In this document: positions 9,637 to 20,264 of the stretch, in pieces
Position numbering within the stretch: position 1 is the first letter of the stretch
How the letters are laid out: every line of letters starts with the position of its first letter
Assembly: GCA_965261635.1 (NCBI GenBank)
Contig: OZ253463.1
Location: 13,089 to 77,088 of the forward strand
DNA length: 64,000 nt
Direction: 5' to 3'
Source: Chloroflexota bacterium
GTDB lineage: Bacteria; Chloroflexota; UBA11872; VXOZ01
Notes under the pieces: generated by a model
The model's input: the letters and a program-made list of their open reading frames with translations, nothing else
The model's database searches: none
What the model was told of the DNA's origin: nothing
Program-made: the position numbers and the translations under genes

Positions 9637-10853
9637 GAGACCTTTGCGTAACTAACAGTGTAGGGGCGAAAATAAGGTAAGACAACCCCAAGCTGAGAGG
9701 AGGGCGCAATGCAGCGCGATATGGGCCGACCGTCATTAGCGGAGTTTTTATTGCCGGAGAAATTGGGACACAACGAGCGGCTGGAACGGATCGATGAGGC
9801 GGTGGACTGGGAGCGGTTGGGAGGGGTGGTAGCGGGCATCTATGCATCACGAGAAGGCAGGCCGAGCTATCCGCCGTTGACAATGGTGAAGGTGCTGTTG
9901 CTGGAGCAGTGGTACAACCTGTCAGACCCGCAGATGGAGGAAGCATTGGGAGATCGGCTCTCGTTCCGGCGCTTTGTGGGATTGGGGCTGCAAGACGACA
10001 CGCCGGATCATGCGACGATCAGCCGGTTTCGGACGGAGTTGGCGCGGCGAGGGTTGAGCGAGCGGTTGTTTGGGGAGTTGGCCGCCCAGTTGGAGGAGCG
10101 GGGATTGCTGGTGAAGGCAGGGACGTTGCTGGACGCAACGTTGGTGGAAGCCCAGGTACGGCGACCGTCGACGGATGCGGGACTGGGAGCGAAGAGTGAA
10201 AGAGACCCGGATGCGGACTGGACGCGCAGTGGTAGATCGCGGCGGTCGCACTTTGGCTACAAAATGCACGTGGGAGTAGATGCAGGGACGCTGCTGGTGC
10301 GGCGGGCGGTACTGACGCCGGCGAAGGTGGCGGAGAGTGAGGTAGCGGACCGTTTGGTGTGTGGTGATGAACTGGCGGTGTATGGCGATCGGGCGTACGA
10401 GTCGAAGAAGCGGCGTGCCTGGCTGAAGTCACAGGGGATTGACGATTGTATTCTGCACCGTTCGCACAAGAACCAGAGCGGGTTACCGGCGTGGCAGGAG
10501 GAGCGCAACGCGGAGATCGGGCCGGTGCGGGCGTTAGTGGAGAAGGTGTTTGGCACGCTGAAGCGGAGCTACGGCTACCGGCGGGTACGCTACTGCGGAC
10601 TGGAACGCAACGCAGTAGAGATGTGGTTGAAACTGATGGCCTACAACCTGAGGAAGGTGGTGGCACTGACGGCATAGGCAGGATAAAGCGTAAAGATAGG
10701 GTAAAAGCAGCGGGAACTAGGTCGCCTAGACAGCACAGGGCCTGGATAAGACCGCCCTGGCGACGACTCTAGGCCGCCCGCAGAGACCACAAGCTGTCTT
10801 TCCCCGCCTCAAAAGCCATGCAGAGAGCCACACCAGAGTTATGCAAAGGTCTC
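9637..10853 (+). mobile_element. IS5-family insertion sequence, 17-bp TIRs, 8-bp target duplication
   Basis: Left end gagacctttgcgtaact (9637), right end agttatgcaaaggtctc (ends 10853); ctcaacag duplicated at 9629-9636 and 10854-10861. Confidence 0.92.
9709..10677 (+). CDS. IS5-family DDE transposase
   Basis: GRPSYP, QWYNLSD..MEE...DRLSFRRF, DAT, FGYKMH, GDRAY, RALVEKVFGTLKR. Confidence 0.95.
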   Translation: MQRDMGRPSLAEFLLPEKLGHNERLERIDEAVDWERLGGVVAGIYASREGRPSYPPLTMVKVLLLEQWYNLSDPQMEEALGDRLSFRRFVGLGLQDDTPDHATISRFRTELARRGLSERLFGELAAQLEERGLLVKAGTLLDATLVEAQVRRPSTDAGLGAKSERDPDADWTRSGRSRRSHFGYKMHVGVDAGTLLVRRAVLTPAKVAESEVADRLVCGDELAVYGDRAYESKKRRAWLKSQGIDDCILHRSHKNQSGLPAWQEERNAEIGPVRALVEKVFGTLKRSYGYRRVRYCGLERNAVEMWLKLMAYNLRKVVALTA

Positions 10854-10937
10854 CTCAACAGGGAGAGGGGACATTTGGTCTCAAGTCTAGACTGTGTAAT
10901 AGTTCCCTAAAGGAGCAAGAAATCGAAAAATAAAGTT

Positions 10938-11729
10938 TTACGCCATGCAGCTCTTCAAGTAGGCCGCCGTGGCGGGCAACGACTCTTCCGGATCGCCGGT
11001 AATGCCGCACTCCAGCGCCATGAAGCCGTCGAAGCCGATTTCCTGCAACGCGGCAAAGCCGGAGCGAAATTCCGTGTGACCGGTACCCGGTTCGGTGCGG
11101 TTGCTATCGGCAAGGTGGACGTGCTTGACATACTGCGCCGCCCCGCGAATGCTGGCCGCGATATCCGCCTCTTCGATGCTCATGTGGAAGAAGTCCGCCA
11201 TGATATTGACGTTGGGATGGTCAGCCGCCGCGCAGATGGCAGCGCCGTCTGCAAGTGTATTGGCCAGGTGGGTTTCATAGCGGTTGAGCGGTTCCACGAG
11301 GATGTTCGTACCCTCGCGCGCGGCACTCTCACCAGCCTCGCGCAGCAATTCGACGTAGAGATGGCGCTCGAGGTCCGCGCCGCTCTGATAGGGCGAAAGG
11401 TCGGGGAAGATCGGCGTGCGGCCCCTGACCGGTACGGCAATCACACCCACCAATCCCAGTTCGCCGGCCAGGGCCAGCAACCCTCTAAAACGCTCCATGC
11501 GCGCGGCGCGGTCATCTTTGGTCACACCCAGCAGATCGTGCTCGTTGCCGGTGCAGATCGTGCTGGCCTGTACGCTGCTATTACTGAGCGCCTGCTTGAC
11601 CTCCGATAGGCGCTCCGCCAAATGGCCGTGCATCAACTCTACGCCCGCAAAGCCAAAGCGTTCCAGGTTGTCGACTTTCTCCTGGAAGGTATCTCCAGGC
11701 ACTTTGTTTTCCTGACAGGCAATCTTCAC
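10938..11729 (-). CDS. sugar phosphate isomerase/epimerase
   Basis: VEPLNRYET, DFFHM, HVHLADSNR..PGTG, ALEC; GTG start with gagagga RBS. Confidence 0.85.
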   Translation of the reverse strand: MKIACQENKVPGDTFQEKVDNLERFGFAGVELMHGHLAERLSEVKQALSNSSVQASTICTGNEHDLLGVTKDDRAARMERFRGLLALAGELGLVGVIAVPVRGRTPIFPDLSPYQSGADLERHLYVELLREAGESAAREGTNILVEPLNRYETHLANTLADGAAICAAADHPNVNIMADFFHMSIEEADIAASIRGAAQYVKHVHLADSNRTEPGTGHTEFRSGFAALQEIGFDGFMALECGITGDPEESLPATAAYLKSCMA

Positions 11730-11873
11730 GAGACCAATTCTCCTCTCCACTATGGGCCCGCCGATGGAACCCAACTTGGAACCATCGGGCATTTACAGTA
11801 CATCAACTCTTTCAGATGCGGGGGACATGTCCCCCGCGCTACATTTTCATCATCCATAAGGCGGTTGAAGCCC

Positions 11874-12950
11874 TCACGGTACCAGCATCACCTTCATGCC
11901 CTCAGCACCCTTGTGTGCCGCTTCGATAGCTTCCGGGAAGGCACTGATCGGGAAGGTGTGGCTGATCAGTGGGTCCACAGTGACCTTCTCTTGCAGCAGC
12001 AGGTCCATTGCCAGCGGATAGGTGTAGGGGCTGAGATGCGCGCCGTGGATGTTCAACTCTTTGCGGTCGCCGATGATGGTCCAATCGGCTTTCACATCCT
12101 CTCCAAACACGCTGAACTCGACGAACGTGCCGAGCTTGCGGACCATGTCCAACCCTTGCGTCACGCCGGACGGGTGGCCGGTTGCCTCGATGTACACGTC
12201 GCAGCCGTAGCCGTCCGTCAGGTCGAGAACAGCCTCCAACGCGTCAGGGCCGGTGGGATCCAACACGAAGTCCGCACCGAATTCGGTTGCTAGCGCCCGG
12301 CGTTTGGGGTGAAGGTCTACGCCAATGAGTTTGGCCGGTGAATAGAGTCGCGCCGCCTGCAGCATGCAGAGGCCGATGCTGCCAAGTCCGGCGACCACCA
12401 CCGTATCGCCCACGCTGATCTCGCCGCGTTCCACCGCGTGGAGCGCGCAGCCCAGGGGCTCGATGTACGCGGCCTGTTCTGCGCTGAGACCTGCGGGCAC
12501 CTTGTGGACGATGGCGTTGCGCGGCACGCGCACGTGCGTTGCCATGCCGCCATCGCAGATTCCACCTTTGAAACCGAAAATGTGATTGACCTGGCACATC
12601 CAGTACTTGCCGCGCGTGCAGAAGCGGCACTGCCAGCAGGGCACGATTTGCTCCACCACTACCAGGTCGCCCTCTTGGATGCCCTGCTGTTCCGCCACAG
12701 CCGGATCGATAGCCTCTACGTACCCGCTGAATTCATGCCCGGGAACCACCGGCGTGATCACGTAGGGCCGGCGGGTATCGCTCCCCCAAAAGTGCCCGGC
12801 GCCGTCGTAACACTTGATGTCGCTGGCGCAAATGCCGCAAGCAGCCGTGCGCAGAATCATGGAGGCATCCGTCATGACCGGCATTGGGGCCTGTTCTACG
12901 CGATAATCATGGGGCCCGTAACAGACCACCGCCTCCATCGTGCCTGCCAT
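11874..12950 (-). CDS. Zn-dependent polyol dehydrogenase (erythritol/L-threitol dehydrogenase-like)
   Basis: GICASD, GHEF, CWQCRFC..G....C, GLGSIG, WTIIGDRKEL; resembles EltD-type enzymes from memory. Confidence 0.8.
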   Translation of the reverse strand: MAGTMEAVVCYGPHDYRVEQAPMPVMTDASMILRTAACGICASDIKCYDGAGHFWGSDTRRPYVITPVVPGHEFSGYVEAIDPAVAEQQGIQEGDLVVVEQIVPCWQCRFCTRGKYWMCQVNHIFGFKGGICDGGMATHVRVPRNAIVHKVPAGLSAEQAAYIEPLGCALHAVERGEISVGDTVVVAGLGSIGLCMLQAARLYSPAKLIGVDLHPKRRALATEFGADFVLDPTGPDALEAVLDLTDGYGCDVYIEATGHPSGVTQGLDMVRKLGTFVEFSVFGEDVKADWTIIGDRKELNIHGAHLSPYTYPLAMDLLLQEKVTVDPLISHTFPISAFPEAIEAAHKGAEGMKVMLVP

Positions 12951-13200
12951 GCTCTTGCTTTCCTTACGTTTGGCAACCTGCCGCGTGAATAGTCCGCCGC
13001 CTGCCACTTCTCAAACCGCAGCGACGTTCTCAGTATGGTAAGGGTCTGGTTGCGGTGTCAAGGCAACGGGGAACGCACAGCGATCCGGCGCGATCCTCCA
13101 CTCAAGCCTACAGAATCAACGCCGCTCTTCTCACCTTTTCACGAGGCAATCTGAAGTGCCGTGCAGGACAACCTCCGCACGCCGCCTGCCCCCAAAGCAG

Positions 13201-14022
13201 TCAACTATTCGCAGCGCGGACGCTCTGATACTGGCAGCCCTGTGGAAAGTGGTGCACGGGTATGCCCGGGAAGTGCACTTGGAGGTACGTTGCGAGCGAC
13301 TGCATACCCCACTCCTCGGCAGTGGCGTGGTTCACGACGAGCAGCGGCAAATCGCGGTCAAGCGCCCAGCTCCCGTCCGCCCAGAAGCGCATGCCGTCAT
13401 CGGTCACGAGCAGCGCATCGGGACCCGATCCGTTCGGTGCTCGCAGTTGCGCCATCTGGGGCACCCGGCAGGCGGCGCCCGTACCGATGGCGAGATGTTC
13501 TACCGTGCGCGTGGCGTCGCCAAGCACCTGCACCTGGTCCTGTCCGATTTCGCCGAGACGAGAGGCGAAGTGTTGCGCCAGGGCGTGGACCGTTTGGGGC
13601 AACACATCAAAGAGCCCGTACCAGCCGCGATCATCCGCGGCAAGCAGTGGGCCGCCAAGACCAAGACCGCGCGCCCAGCTATCGCGTATGCCGTGTTCCG
13701 GCATCACGTCCCAAACGTCGTGGCAGCGGTAGACGACCATGCCGGTCTCTGCCAGCCAGGCGCGTTTCGCTGCCGTGTGCGCGTCGGCATATGGACCGGG
13801 ATCATCGTCGCGGTGGACGTAGAACGTCGGCTCGTGGGTAACAAAGAGGTTGCAGCCGGCCGCATGCGCTGCTTTAAGGGCAGACCATTGACTCTGCCAA
13901 GCGACGGCAATGCCCTGCACGTCGGTGCCGGGCTCTCCCGACTTAAATGTATCCACGGTGTGGGACCAATCCACCCACGAACCGACCTGCCGCATGTGGT
14001 GATCGAGATCAATCGCGCGCAT
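13201..14022 (-). CDS. Nif3-like dinuclear metal-centre protein
   Basis: VTHEPTFY, YRCHD.WD, NHATAEEWG. Confidence 0.8.
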   Translation of the reverse strand: MRAIDLDHHMRQVGSWVDWSHTVDTFKSGEPGTDVQGIAVAWQSQWSALKAAHAAGCNLFVTHEPTFYVHRDDDPGPYADAHTAAKRAWLAETGMVVYRCHDVWDVMPEHGIRDSWARGLGLGGPLLAADDRGWYGLFDVLPQTVHALAQHFASRLGEIGQDQVQVLGDATRTVEHLAIGTGAACRVPQMAQLRAPNGSGPDALLVTDDGMRFWADGSWALDRDLPLLVVNHATAEEWGMQSLATYLQVHFPGIPVHHFPQGCQYQSVRAANS

Positions 14023-14138
14023 CAGAATCTCACCTCGTCGCACATTCTTATTGACAACAGCTACATTTTAACATTATACTACTCCCATCGAGCACCGCAT
14101 CGTGTCTAGAGTCGTTCCAACAAAGGGAGTACCCTACT

Positions 14139-15521
14139 ATGGAACATCCTCTCTCCGATGTTCACGTTTCGCGTCGGGCCGCTTTGGCTGGCGCCGGGCT
14201 GCTTGGCAGCGCCGTTCTCGTGGCCGCCTGCGGGGCTGCCGGGGCCGTTACACCCGGGCAGGAGGAAGCCGCGCCGGGGGCTGCGGCGGAGCAGCCGGCT
14301 TCATCCGGTGAAGTCACCACGGTCGTTGCCTACTTGAGTGTTTCGGGAGACTCGATCGCCCAATGGGAAGAGGGGATCGTAGCGCCGTTCGAAGCCGAAA
14401 ATCCGAACATCAATCTCGAGCTTTCGCCGCAACCGGGAGGCTCGGCCGGCATGCGCGAAAAGCTGCAGGTTCAGCTCGCGGCCGGCGTGCCGCTGGACGT
14501 GTGGGAGTATGCGGCCATTGCGGAGACGATGGCGGAGAACGACTGGCTGATTCCCATTGACACCTACGTGGCGCGTGATCAGTACGATCTCACAGTCTTC
14601 GCGCCGAAGCTCTTCGATTTCTATACCCGCTATGATGGCAAGCTTTGGACCATTCCCTGGGGGCACGGCGGCAATACGTTCGTCATGGCGCTCAACCGCC
14701 AGATCTTCGATGAGGCCGGCATCGGCATACCGAGCGCCGACCTGGCCCAAACGTGGAACTGGGACGATTGGATCGACACGGGGTTGCGACTCACCAAGCG
14801 CCAGGGCGACACTGTCGAGCGGTTCGGCATTGCTGATCAGGGCGGTTGGTGGAGTCATACGCTGCTCTGGGATACCGACTGGGTGAGCGAGGACTTGAAA
14901 ACGATCACGTCCGACAACCCGGACATGATCGAAGGGATGACCAACTACTTCGACATGGTAGTGAAGTATCGCACAGTTCCCAAGCCTGGCGAACTCGACG
15001 AAGTGCACGGCATGAACCGCTACGAAGTCTTCAATAACGGCCTTACCGGTGTGGAACGGATGCCGCCCTACGCCATCACGGAGTTTACGCGCGTCGAGCA
15101 GAAGGTGCCGTTGGTGCTCGCTCCCTCGCCAATCGGGAAGCGCTCCGTGCCTGATGTGAACTGGCACAGCTTCGGTATCATCAATGGTTCAAAGAACCCG
15201 GACGCGTCGTGGGAAGTCATCAAGTACTTGCTCGAAGACGGGCGCTACGCTATCTTCTTTGGCAAGATTCCTTCCCAGACCAGCTTGCACTTATCGTGGT
15301 TAGAGGAAGAGTTCAAGGATCTGCCGGATGTAAACCTGGCGGCAGCCACGAACAGCTTGGAGGCGGCGGTGCCGCAAACCCGGCTTTTCCGCCTCAATTG
15401 GTCGGCTGTATATCCGGTGATGCGCGACCAGTTCAATGAGCGCGTCTACACCGGCAAGGACGACGTGGCGACGGTGTTGAAGGAACTGAAGCCGGTCCTG
15501 CAGGCGATTGTCGAGAACTGA
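14139..15521 (+). CDS. ABC transporter sugar-type solute-binding lipoprotein
   Basis: SRR Tat motif, AAC lipobox, WNWDD, SKNPDASWEVIKYL. Confidence 0.85.
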   Translation: MEHPLSDVHVSRRAALAGAGLLGSAVLVAACGAAGAVTPGQEEAAPGAAAEQPASSGEVTTVVAYLSVSGDSIAQWEEGIVAPFEAENPNINLELSPQPGGSAGMREKLQVQLAAGVPLDVWEYAAIAETMAENDWLIPIDTYVARDQYDLTVFAPKLFDFYTRYDGKLWTIPWGHGGNTFVMALNRQIFDEAGIGIPSADLAQTWNWDDWIDTGLRLTKRQGDTVERFGIADQGGWWSHTLLWDTDWVSEDLKTITSDNPDMIEGMTNYFDMVVKYRTVPKPGELDEVHGMNRYEVFNNGLTGVERMPPYAITEFTRVEQKVPLVLAPSPIGKRSVPDVNWHSFGIINGSKNPDASWEVIKYLLEDGRYAIFFGKIPSQTSLHLSWLEEEFKDLPDVNLAAATNSLEAAVPQTRLFRLNWSAVYPVMRDQFNERVYTGKDDVATVLKELKPVLQAIVEN

Positions 15522-15582
15522 TCGCCAGCGCCGCACGTCCGACACGTGGACGGTCGCGCACGAATGAGTGGACACAAGTGAT

Positions 15583-15620
15583 AGAGGGGTGCGGTAAACC
15601 GCACCCCTCTTATTCTTTAT
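15583..15620 (+). terminator. intrinsic terminator
   Basis: agaggggtgcgg-taaa-ccgcacccctct followed by T-rich tract. Confidence 0.7.
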
Positions 15621-16027
15621 CTTCTGTTGGCAGGAATCCACCTCGCGTCGCTATAAATAGCACGCGGCCTGAACACGCCCCACCCGCCCGTTCTTTCTAT
15701 CCCACCTACCACCATCCTGGCTCAAGCAGATGATCGCCATTCAATGTATCGGCGGTCATGCGCTGAGCTAAGCTTTAGTAAGGGTCTTCCCGCCAACAGT
15801 TTGTTCGCCGCCTGAAGACGATTCTCACTACTGCGTGATGCTTTTGTGCGAGAGAGCTGGACTATCCCCGCTTCCCCCGCGGGAAAGCATTTCGCCGCGC
15901 GATAATCCTGTTTGGATATACCTGCCGCGGGCAGGCATCCGCCATGCGGGACGTGGAATGCGAACGGCGCGCCCATCTCTCGGTATAATGAAGTCACCGC
16001 CTAATACATTCCGTAATCGGACACGCC

Positions 16028-17878
16028 ATGGAACCGGATTCCAATTCAGCACTCTTTCGCTTCTCGCCGCGCCCCAACAGCGCCCGGCGCATTCCTTGGC
16101 GCGCGTGGTCGAGTGAAGCCTTTGCCGAGGCGCAAGCGCGCAAAAGGCCCATTTTGCTCTGCATCACTACGGCGTGGAGCCAATGGTCGCATCTGATGGA
16201 TGAGCGCGCCTATTCCGACGATACGGTGCAGTATCTCGTCAAGACCGACTTCGTGCCGGTCCGGGTGGATGCCGCCGAGCGGCCCGATATCGACCGGCGC
16301 TACAATCGCGGCGGCTGGCCCACCACGGCTTTTCTCACGCCGGAGGGCGAACTGATGGCAGGCGCCACCTACATCCCCGTGCAGGAGATGCGCGACTTTC
16401 TGGTGGAACTCGCTGAAGAGTACCGCAAGAATCGCGATATCATCCGCGAGAAGCTCGGCGCGTTGGAAGAGAAGCGGCGTGAGGCGGAGGCCGCGGAGAA
16501 AGCCACGGACGGCGTGCTGACACCCGCGATCCCCGCTGAAACAATGGCCTTCATCATGTCCGCGTTCGACCGCGTGAACGGCGGCTTGGGAGACGCGCCC
16601 AAATTCACGCATACCGAGGCGCTGGGCTTTGCGCTGGAGTGGTGCCAATACACGCTCGACTATGACTTAGCCGCCTTGGTCAAGCATTCGCTCGATATTA
16701 TGGCCCTTAGCAACCTCTTCGATCGCGAAGACGGCGTGTTCTTCCGCTTCGCCAACGATGCCCAATGGGAGAACCCGGAACGCGAGTGCACGCTAGAAGA
16801 GAATGCGGCCCTGGTCTCGCTCTACGTGGAAGCCGCGCATGTCTTTCGTGAGGAAGACTTTACCCAAACTGCTGTGCGTGTACTGCAATTCATGCTCAAT
16901 AAGCTGCGTGATCCCGCCACCGGCGCATTCTACGGGGGATTCTTTGCCCCGGAAGAGTTCTTCCGGCTGCCTGCGGCGCAACGGAGCGCGTATGGCGAAA
17001 CATGCGTTGACCCCGTAATCCACGCCAAGGAGAACGCGCTCGCAGCACAGGCATTGCTGGATGCCTACCGCATGACGGAAAATGCCGCGTACCGCGACCA
17101 CGCGACTACGGTCTTGGACCACCTGTGGCGGAGCATGTGGCATGCCGCGCGCGGTATGGCCCGTAATTGGAACGGGACAGCCTGCGGTTGGGGCTGGCTG
17201 CCCGACCAAACTGCCGCTGCCCGCGCCTTCGTGCACGCATATGAAACCACCGGCGAACGTAAGTATCTCGACCGCGCCCAGGCCGTTACCGAGCACATCC
17301 TGCGGGTCCATCACGATCCCAAGACCGGCGGCTTCTGGGATAGCGCACCTGACCGCGTGAAGACATCTGACAGCGACCGGTCCCAGGCGACGCTGGGGCT
17401 ACTGGCCCATCGCCAGGAGGTGATGGCGGATACGGCTGCGGCGGCTGAACTCCTGGTTCGGATGTGGCGCCTCACCAATAGCGAGCACTATCGCACGGTG
17501 GCGCAGGACGCCCTGGCGAACTATGCAATGACGTTTCGGCACTTTGCGCATTTCGGCGCGCTTTACGGACAGGCGGTAGATCGGCTGCTGCGCGCGCCCA
17601 CGCATGTCGTCGTGATCGGCTCCCACGATTCGCCTGCGGCCCAAGCGCTGTTCCACCAAGCCCTGCGCATCCATACACCGGCACAGATCATCCAGTGGCT
17701 TGACCCGGAGCATGACGCGGACTTGCTCGCGGCCCGCGGGATTGCGGTGGGAGACCCGACACCTGCGGCACGGGTCTATGAAGGCGAGAGGGAATTGGCT
17801 GGGGCTGCGACACCGGCGGAGCTCGCGGCTATCTTCGAGCAGGTGCAGCCGGAGCGGGAAGAGGACGAGGAACTCTAG
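16028..17878 (+). CDS. YyaL/SSP411-like protein (DUF255 thioredoxin-like + alpha/alpha barrel)
   Basis: IPWRAWS.EAF, ERPDID, GGWPTT.FLTP, GG.G.APKF; the usual WCHWCH reads WSQWSH. Confidence 0.8.
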   Translation: MEPDSNSALFRFSPRPNSARRIPWRAWSSEAFAEAQARKRPILLCITTAWSQWSHLMDERAYSDDTVQYLVKTDFVPVRVDAAERPDIDRRYNRGGWPTTAFLTPEGELMAGATYIPVQEMRDFLVELAEEYRKNRDIIREKLGALEEKRREAEAAEKATDGVLTPAIPAETMAFIMSAFDRVNGGLGDAPKFTHTEALGFALEWCQYTLDYDLAALVKHSLDIMALSNLFDREDGVFFRFANDAQWENPERECTLEENAALVSLYVEAAHVFREEDFTQTAVRVLQFMLNKLRDPATGAFYGGFFAPEEFFRLPAAQRSAYGETCVDPVIHAKENALAAQALLDAYRMTENAAYRDHATTVLDHLWRSMWHAARGMARNWNGTACGWGWLPDQTAAARAFVHAYETTGERKYLDRAQAVTEHILRVHHDPKTGGFWDSAPDRVKTSDSDRSQATLGLLAHRQEVMADTAAAAELLVRMWRLTNSEHYRTVAQDALANYAMTFRHFAHFGALYGQAVDRLLRAPTHVVVIGSHDSPAAQALFHQALRIHTPAQIIQWLDPEHDADLLAARGIAVGDPTPAARVYEGERELAGAATPAELAAIFEQVQPEREEDEEL

Positions 17879-17923
17879 CCACACACTGCGCCGCGCGCCG
17901 CTCTGCAAGGCGCGAGAGACCGG

Positions 17924-18361
17924 TCAAGCACGATCGGTTGCGTCGGTTTCGGGATCAGCATGCTGAATCGCGGTGCCCCCCTCTTTTCTGAGGATCATTC
18001 TCGCCGTGTCCAGGTCAGCGCCCTGTACGACCACAAGCACTTGCACGCTCGAATCTTCCACTGGTATCGGGGGTGCCTTTTGACGGGTCAAGCGAGTATT
18101 GAAAAGCGCACCGGCCGCGCCACAAATGACCATGACCGGCAGCAGGAATTCGCTCGGCACGAAGAATACTGTCGCCAGACCCAGCGCCCCGCCGATGACG
18201 CTCCCTTGCGCTCCGCGTAAGAAGACGCGGAACAGAGCGGCCCGTGAACCTTCGTGCTCGATCGGCACCATCTCCACGTCGAAGCCAAGCACCGCCAACT
18301 CCTCTACCGCTTGGAGCGCCGCATTCCGCGTGTGAAACGATCCGACGAGTTGGCTTGCCAT
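17924..18361 (-). CDS. hypothetical membrane protein
   Basis: Gly-rich hydrophobic pair GAQGSVIGGALG / ICGAAGAL. Confidence 0.5.
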   Translation of the reverse strand: MASQLVGSFHTRNAALQAVEELAVLGFDVEMVPIEHEGSRAALFRVFLRGAQGSVIGGALGLATVFFVPSEFLLPVMVICGAAGALFNTRLTRQKAPPIPVEDSSVQVLVVVQGADLDTARMILRKEGGTAIQHADPETDATDRA

Positions 18362-18572
18362 CAGGCACACCTTTCGACTTCATGGAGCAATCGCCGCCCA
18401 ATTAGGGTACTTTCCTTAGCCTTGTGACTCTGAGTCCGCTTGAAATAGCGTGACGTATGCTCTCACAATGTATATCCGTCAAATGTCGCAATGTGCTAGG
18501 CCGATAGGAGAACACGATTGGCAGATGTGCAATCGTGCCCGACATAGGGCAAGTGGCAGAAACTAAGGTACG

Positions 18573-19013
18573 TTAGTGAATTCTCCGGGCCCTTAGAGGT
18601 TTGCCGGGTTGGATAGTGTCAGACTGCAACGGCTTTAGGACCGGCCGCCTACCTGACAGGTATAGCATGAAGTGCCGTGGGCCGGTACTCTCCTCCAGTT
18701 TCTCAATGAGTTCTTCAAGTTTCACAGTCAGCATCAAGTGCACTTGCTGAATGGAGACGGCGTTCTTTCTGCCTGCAAGTCCGCGAACCCAAACGACCGA
18801 GACACCTGCTTGTCCAATCTGTCCAATATGCCTCTTTCTCGCATCATCGTCTTTCGTGACCCATACGAACTGGTTTTGGGCCAACCAAACAATGAGATCC
18901 GGGTCCTTTTCACCTCGCTTCCCGTGTTCATCGGGATGCGTAATCGGATAGCCCACCAGCGCCAGCGCACGTGCTACCTGAGGCGGCAGGTTTTCATCGA
19001 GAAAAAACTGCAT
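18573..19013 (-). CDS. PIN-like (DUF5615/VapC45-type) putative toxin
   Basis: FFLDENLPP, KDPD, WVTKD; overlaps upstream DUF433 gene. Confidence 0.75.
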   Translation of the reverse strand: MQFFLDENLPPQVARALALVGYPITHPDEHGKRGEKDPDLIVWLAQNQFVWVTKDDDARKRHIGQIGQAGVSVVWVRGLAGRKNAVSIQQVHLMLTVKLEELIEKLEESTGPRHFMLYLSGRRPVLKPLQSDTIQPGKPLRARRIH

Positions 19014-19755
19014 TGGTTTCGGTGGCCTCAGAGAGCCACTTTTCCCACTCTATCGCGTCTGTTACTTGCTCCTTTCGCAACTGAAACGCTTCGGCAAGAG
19101 TCTCTATGCTATCCCCAGCTTGGTTCAGCGACCAAAGCGAGCGTGTCTCAACGCGCGTGCCTTCAATGCACGGAGCTCCAAATTGGATTTCAGGATGAAT
19201 GAGCACTGCTGGGGAAGGCTGCCACTGCACAGGCTTCCCACCAGACGCAAACATGAGACCGTGATTGGCGGGAGCCAGAAACTCAGACATCAATTCCTCG
19301 AAGGCAAGCTGACCATACTGCGACGCCGCAATGAGCTCACTAGCAAATCGAACAAAGACGTCGGAACGTGCAGTCCACATTTCCTCGGCAATGAAGGGCT
19401 GTGGGATTCCACACAGGCGGCGGACATAGTCCTCGGCTGCCAAAATGGATTTGTAAGCTATTCCACGTGACCGGAATAAGGCAATCATGCGCAGACGCAC
19501 GAGATCAGCAAACGTAATCACCCGATCTATACTTGAAACCCTTACTGGTTCCTCCCATCCCATGCCGCGACGAATCCATTGAGCCAAGTGGTTGGCAGTA
19601 GCCTCAATGAACGTATCGTGGCGCCGCCTCCACAGACTCAGACTTGTGTCAGGGGGAGGTGTGGTTGCCCGCAGCAGCACCGCAGTTTCCCGCAAGGTAT
19701 ACGCCCCCGCGAAGAGTGCAGCTTCTGGACGATCTAACCTATCGATCTGAGCCAT
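18994..19755 (-). CDS. DUF433-domain protein with N-terminal HTH (VapB45-type antitoxin)
   Basis: YTLRETA, ITFADLV, IHPEIQFGAPCIEGTRV. Confidence 0.8.
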   Translation of the reverse strand: MAQIDRLDRPEAALFAGAYTLRETAVLLRATTPPPDTSLSLWRRRHDTFIEATANHLAQWIRRGMGWEEPVRVSSIDRVITFADLVRLRMIALFRSRGIAYKSILAAEDYVRRLCGIPQPFIAEEMWTARSDVFVRFASELIAASQYGQLAFEELMSEFLAPANHGLMFASGGKPVQWQPSPAVLIHPEIQFGAPCIEGTRVETRSLWSLNQAGDSIETLAEAFQLRKEQVTDAIEWEKWLSEATETNAVFSR

Positions 19756-19898
19756 AACCCCTATCCTCTATGGTGGACGAGAGAAACTGCTGATTAGTCT
19801 GAGGATGAATGCTTTCAGCCCAATTGCCCTGCAAGTCCGCTTGAAGGGCCTATTGAACCGCTTTGGAATACCTGGGCCCTATGGTGTAGCAATTGATG

Positions 19899-20264
19899 TT
19901 AATCGGCCCGACGAGAAAGCAACGTCACCGCGTAGACTAGTGCAATAAGCGGAACTGCCGAAAAGACCAGTGCCAGCCACCAATCGCCCTTCATATTCCC
20001 CGCCAGGATTGAAAGCGCGAGTGATGCATCGGCGATCACGTTGACCAATATAACTGCCGACCCAATCATGAGCAGCCGGCGGGAAGGCGTGTTCAGCACA
20101 ACCATATAGAGGAGCACAGCCGCCGTAACCGGATGGATAAGCATAAGCGTGAGGCGCGACCAGAGGTCTCCTCCATCAGCAAAACCGCCCGTAAGGGCTG
20201 TCAATCCTGCTAAGAGGGCATGGATCACTCCCAGCGCGAGCACTACGACCCGAAACATCCTCAT
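19899..20264 (-). CDS. hypothetical 4-TM membrane protein
   Basis: Four hydrophobic segments; aggag RBS. Confidence 0.6.
   Translation of the reverse strand: MRMFRVVVLALGVIHALLAGLTALTGGFADGGDLWSRLTLMLIHPVTAAVLLYMVVLNTPSRRLLMIGSAVILVNVIADASLALSILAGNMKGDWWLALVFSAVPLIALVYAVTLLSRRAD

Noticed and set aside
13156-14109. 317-aa plus-strand ORF (likewise 44073..45251 and 51673..52650)
   Set aside because: Antisense to well-supported genes, with no recognisable motifs.
15660-16020. ncRNA or small gene between the SBP and YyaL-like genes
   Set aside because: No recognisable RNA motif or credible ORF.
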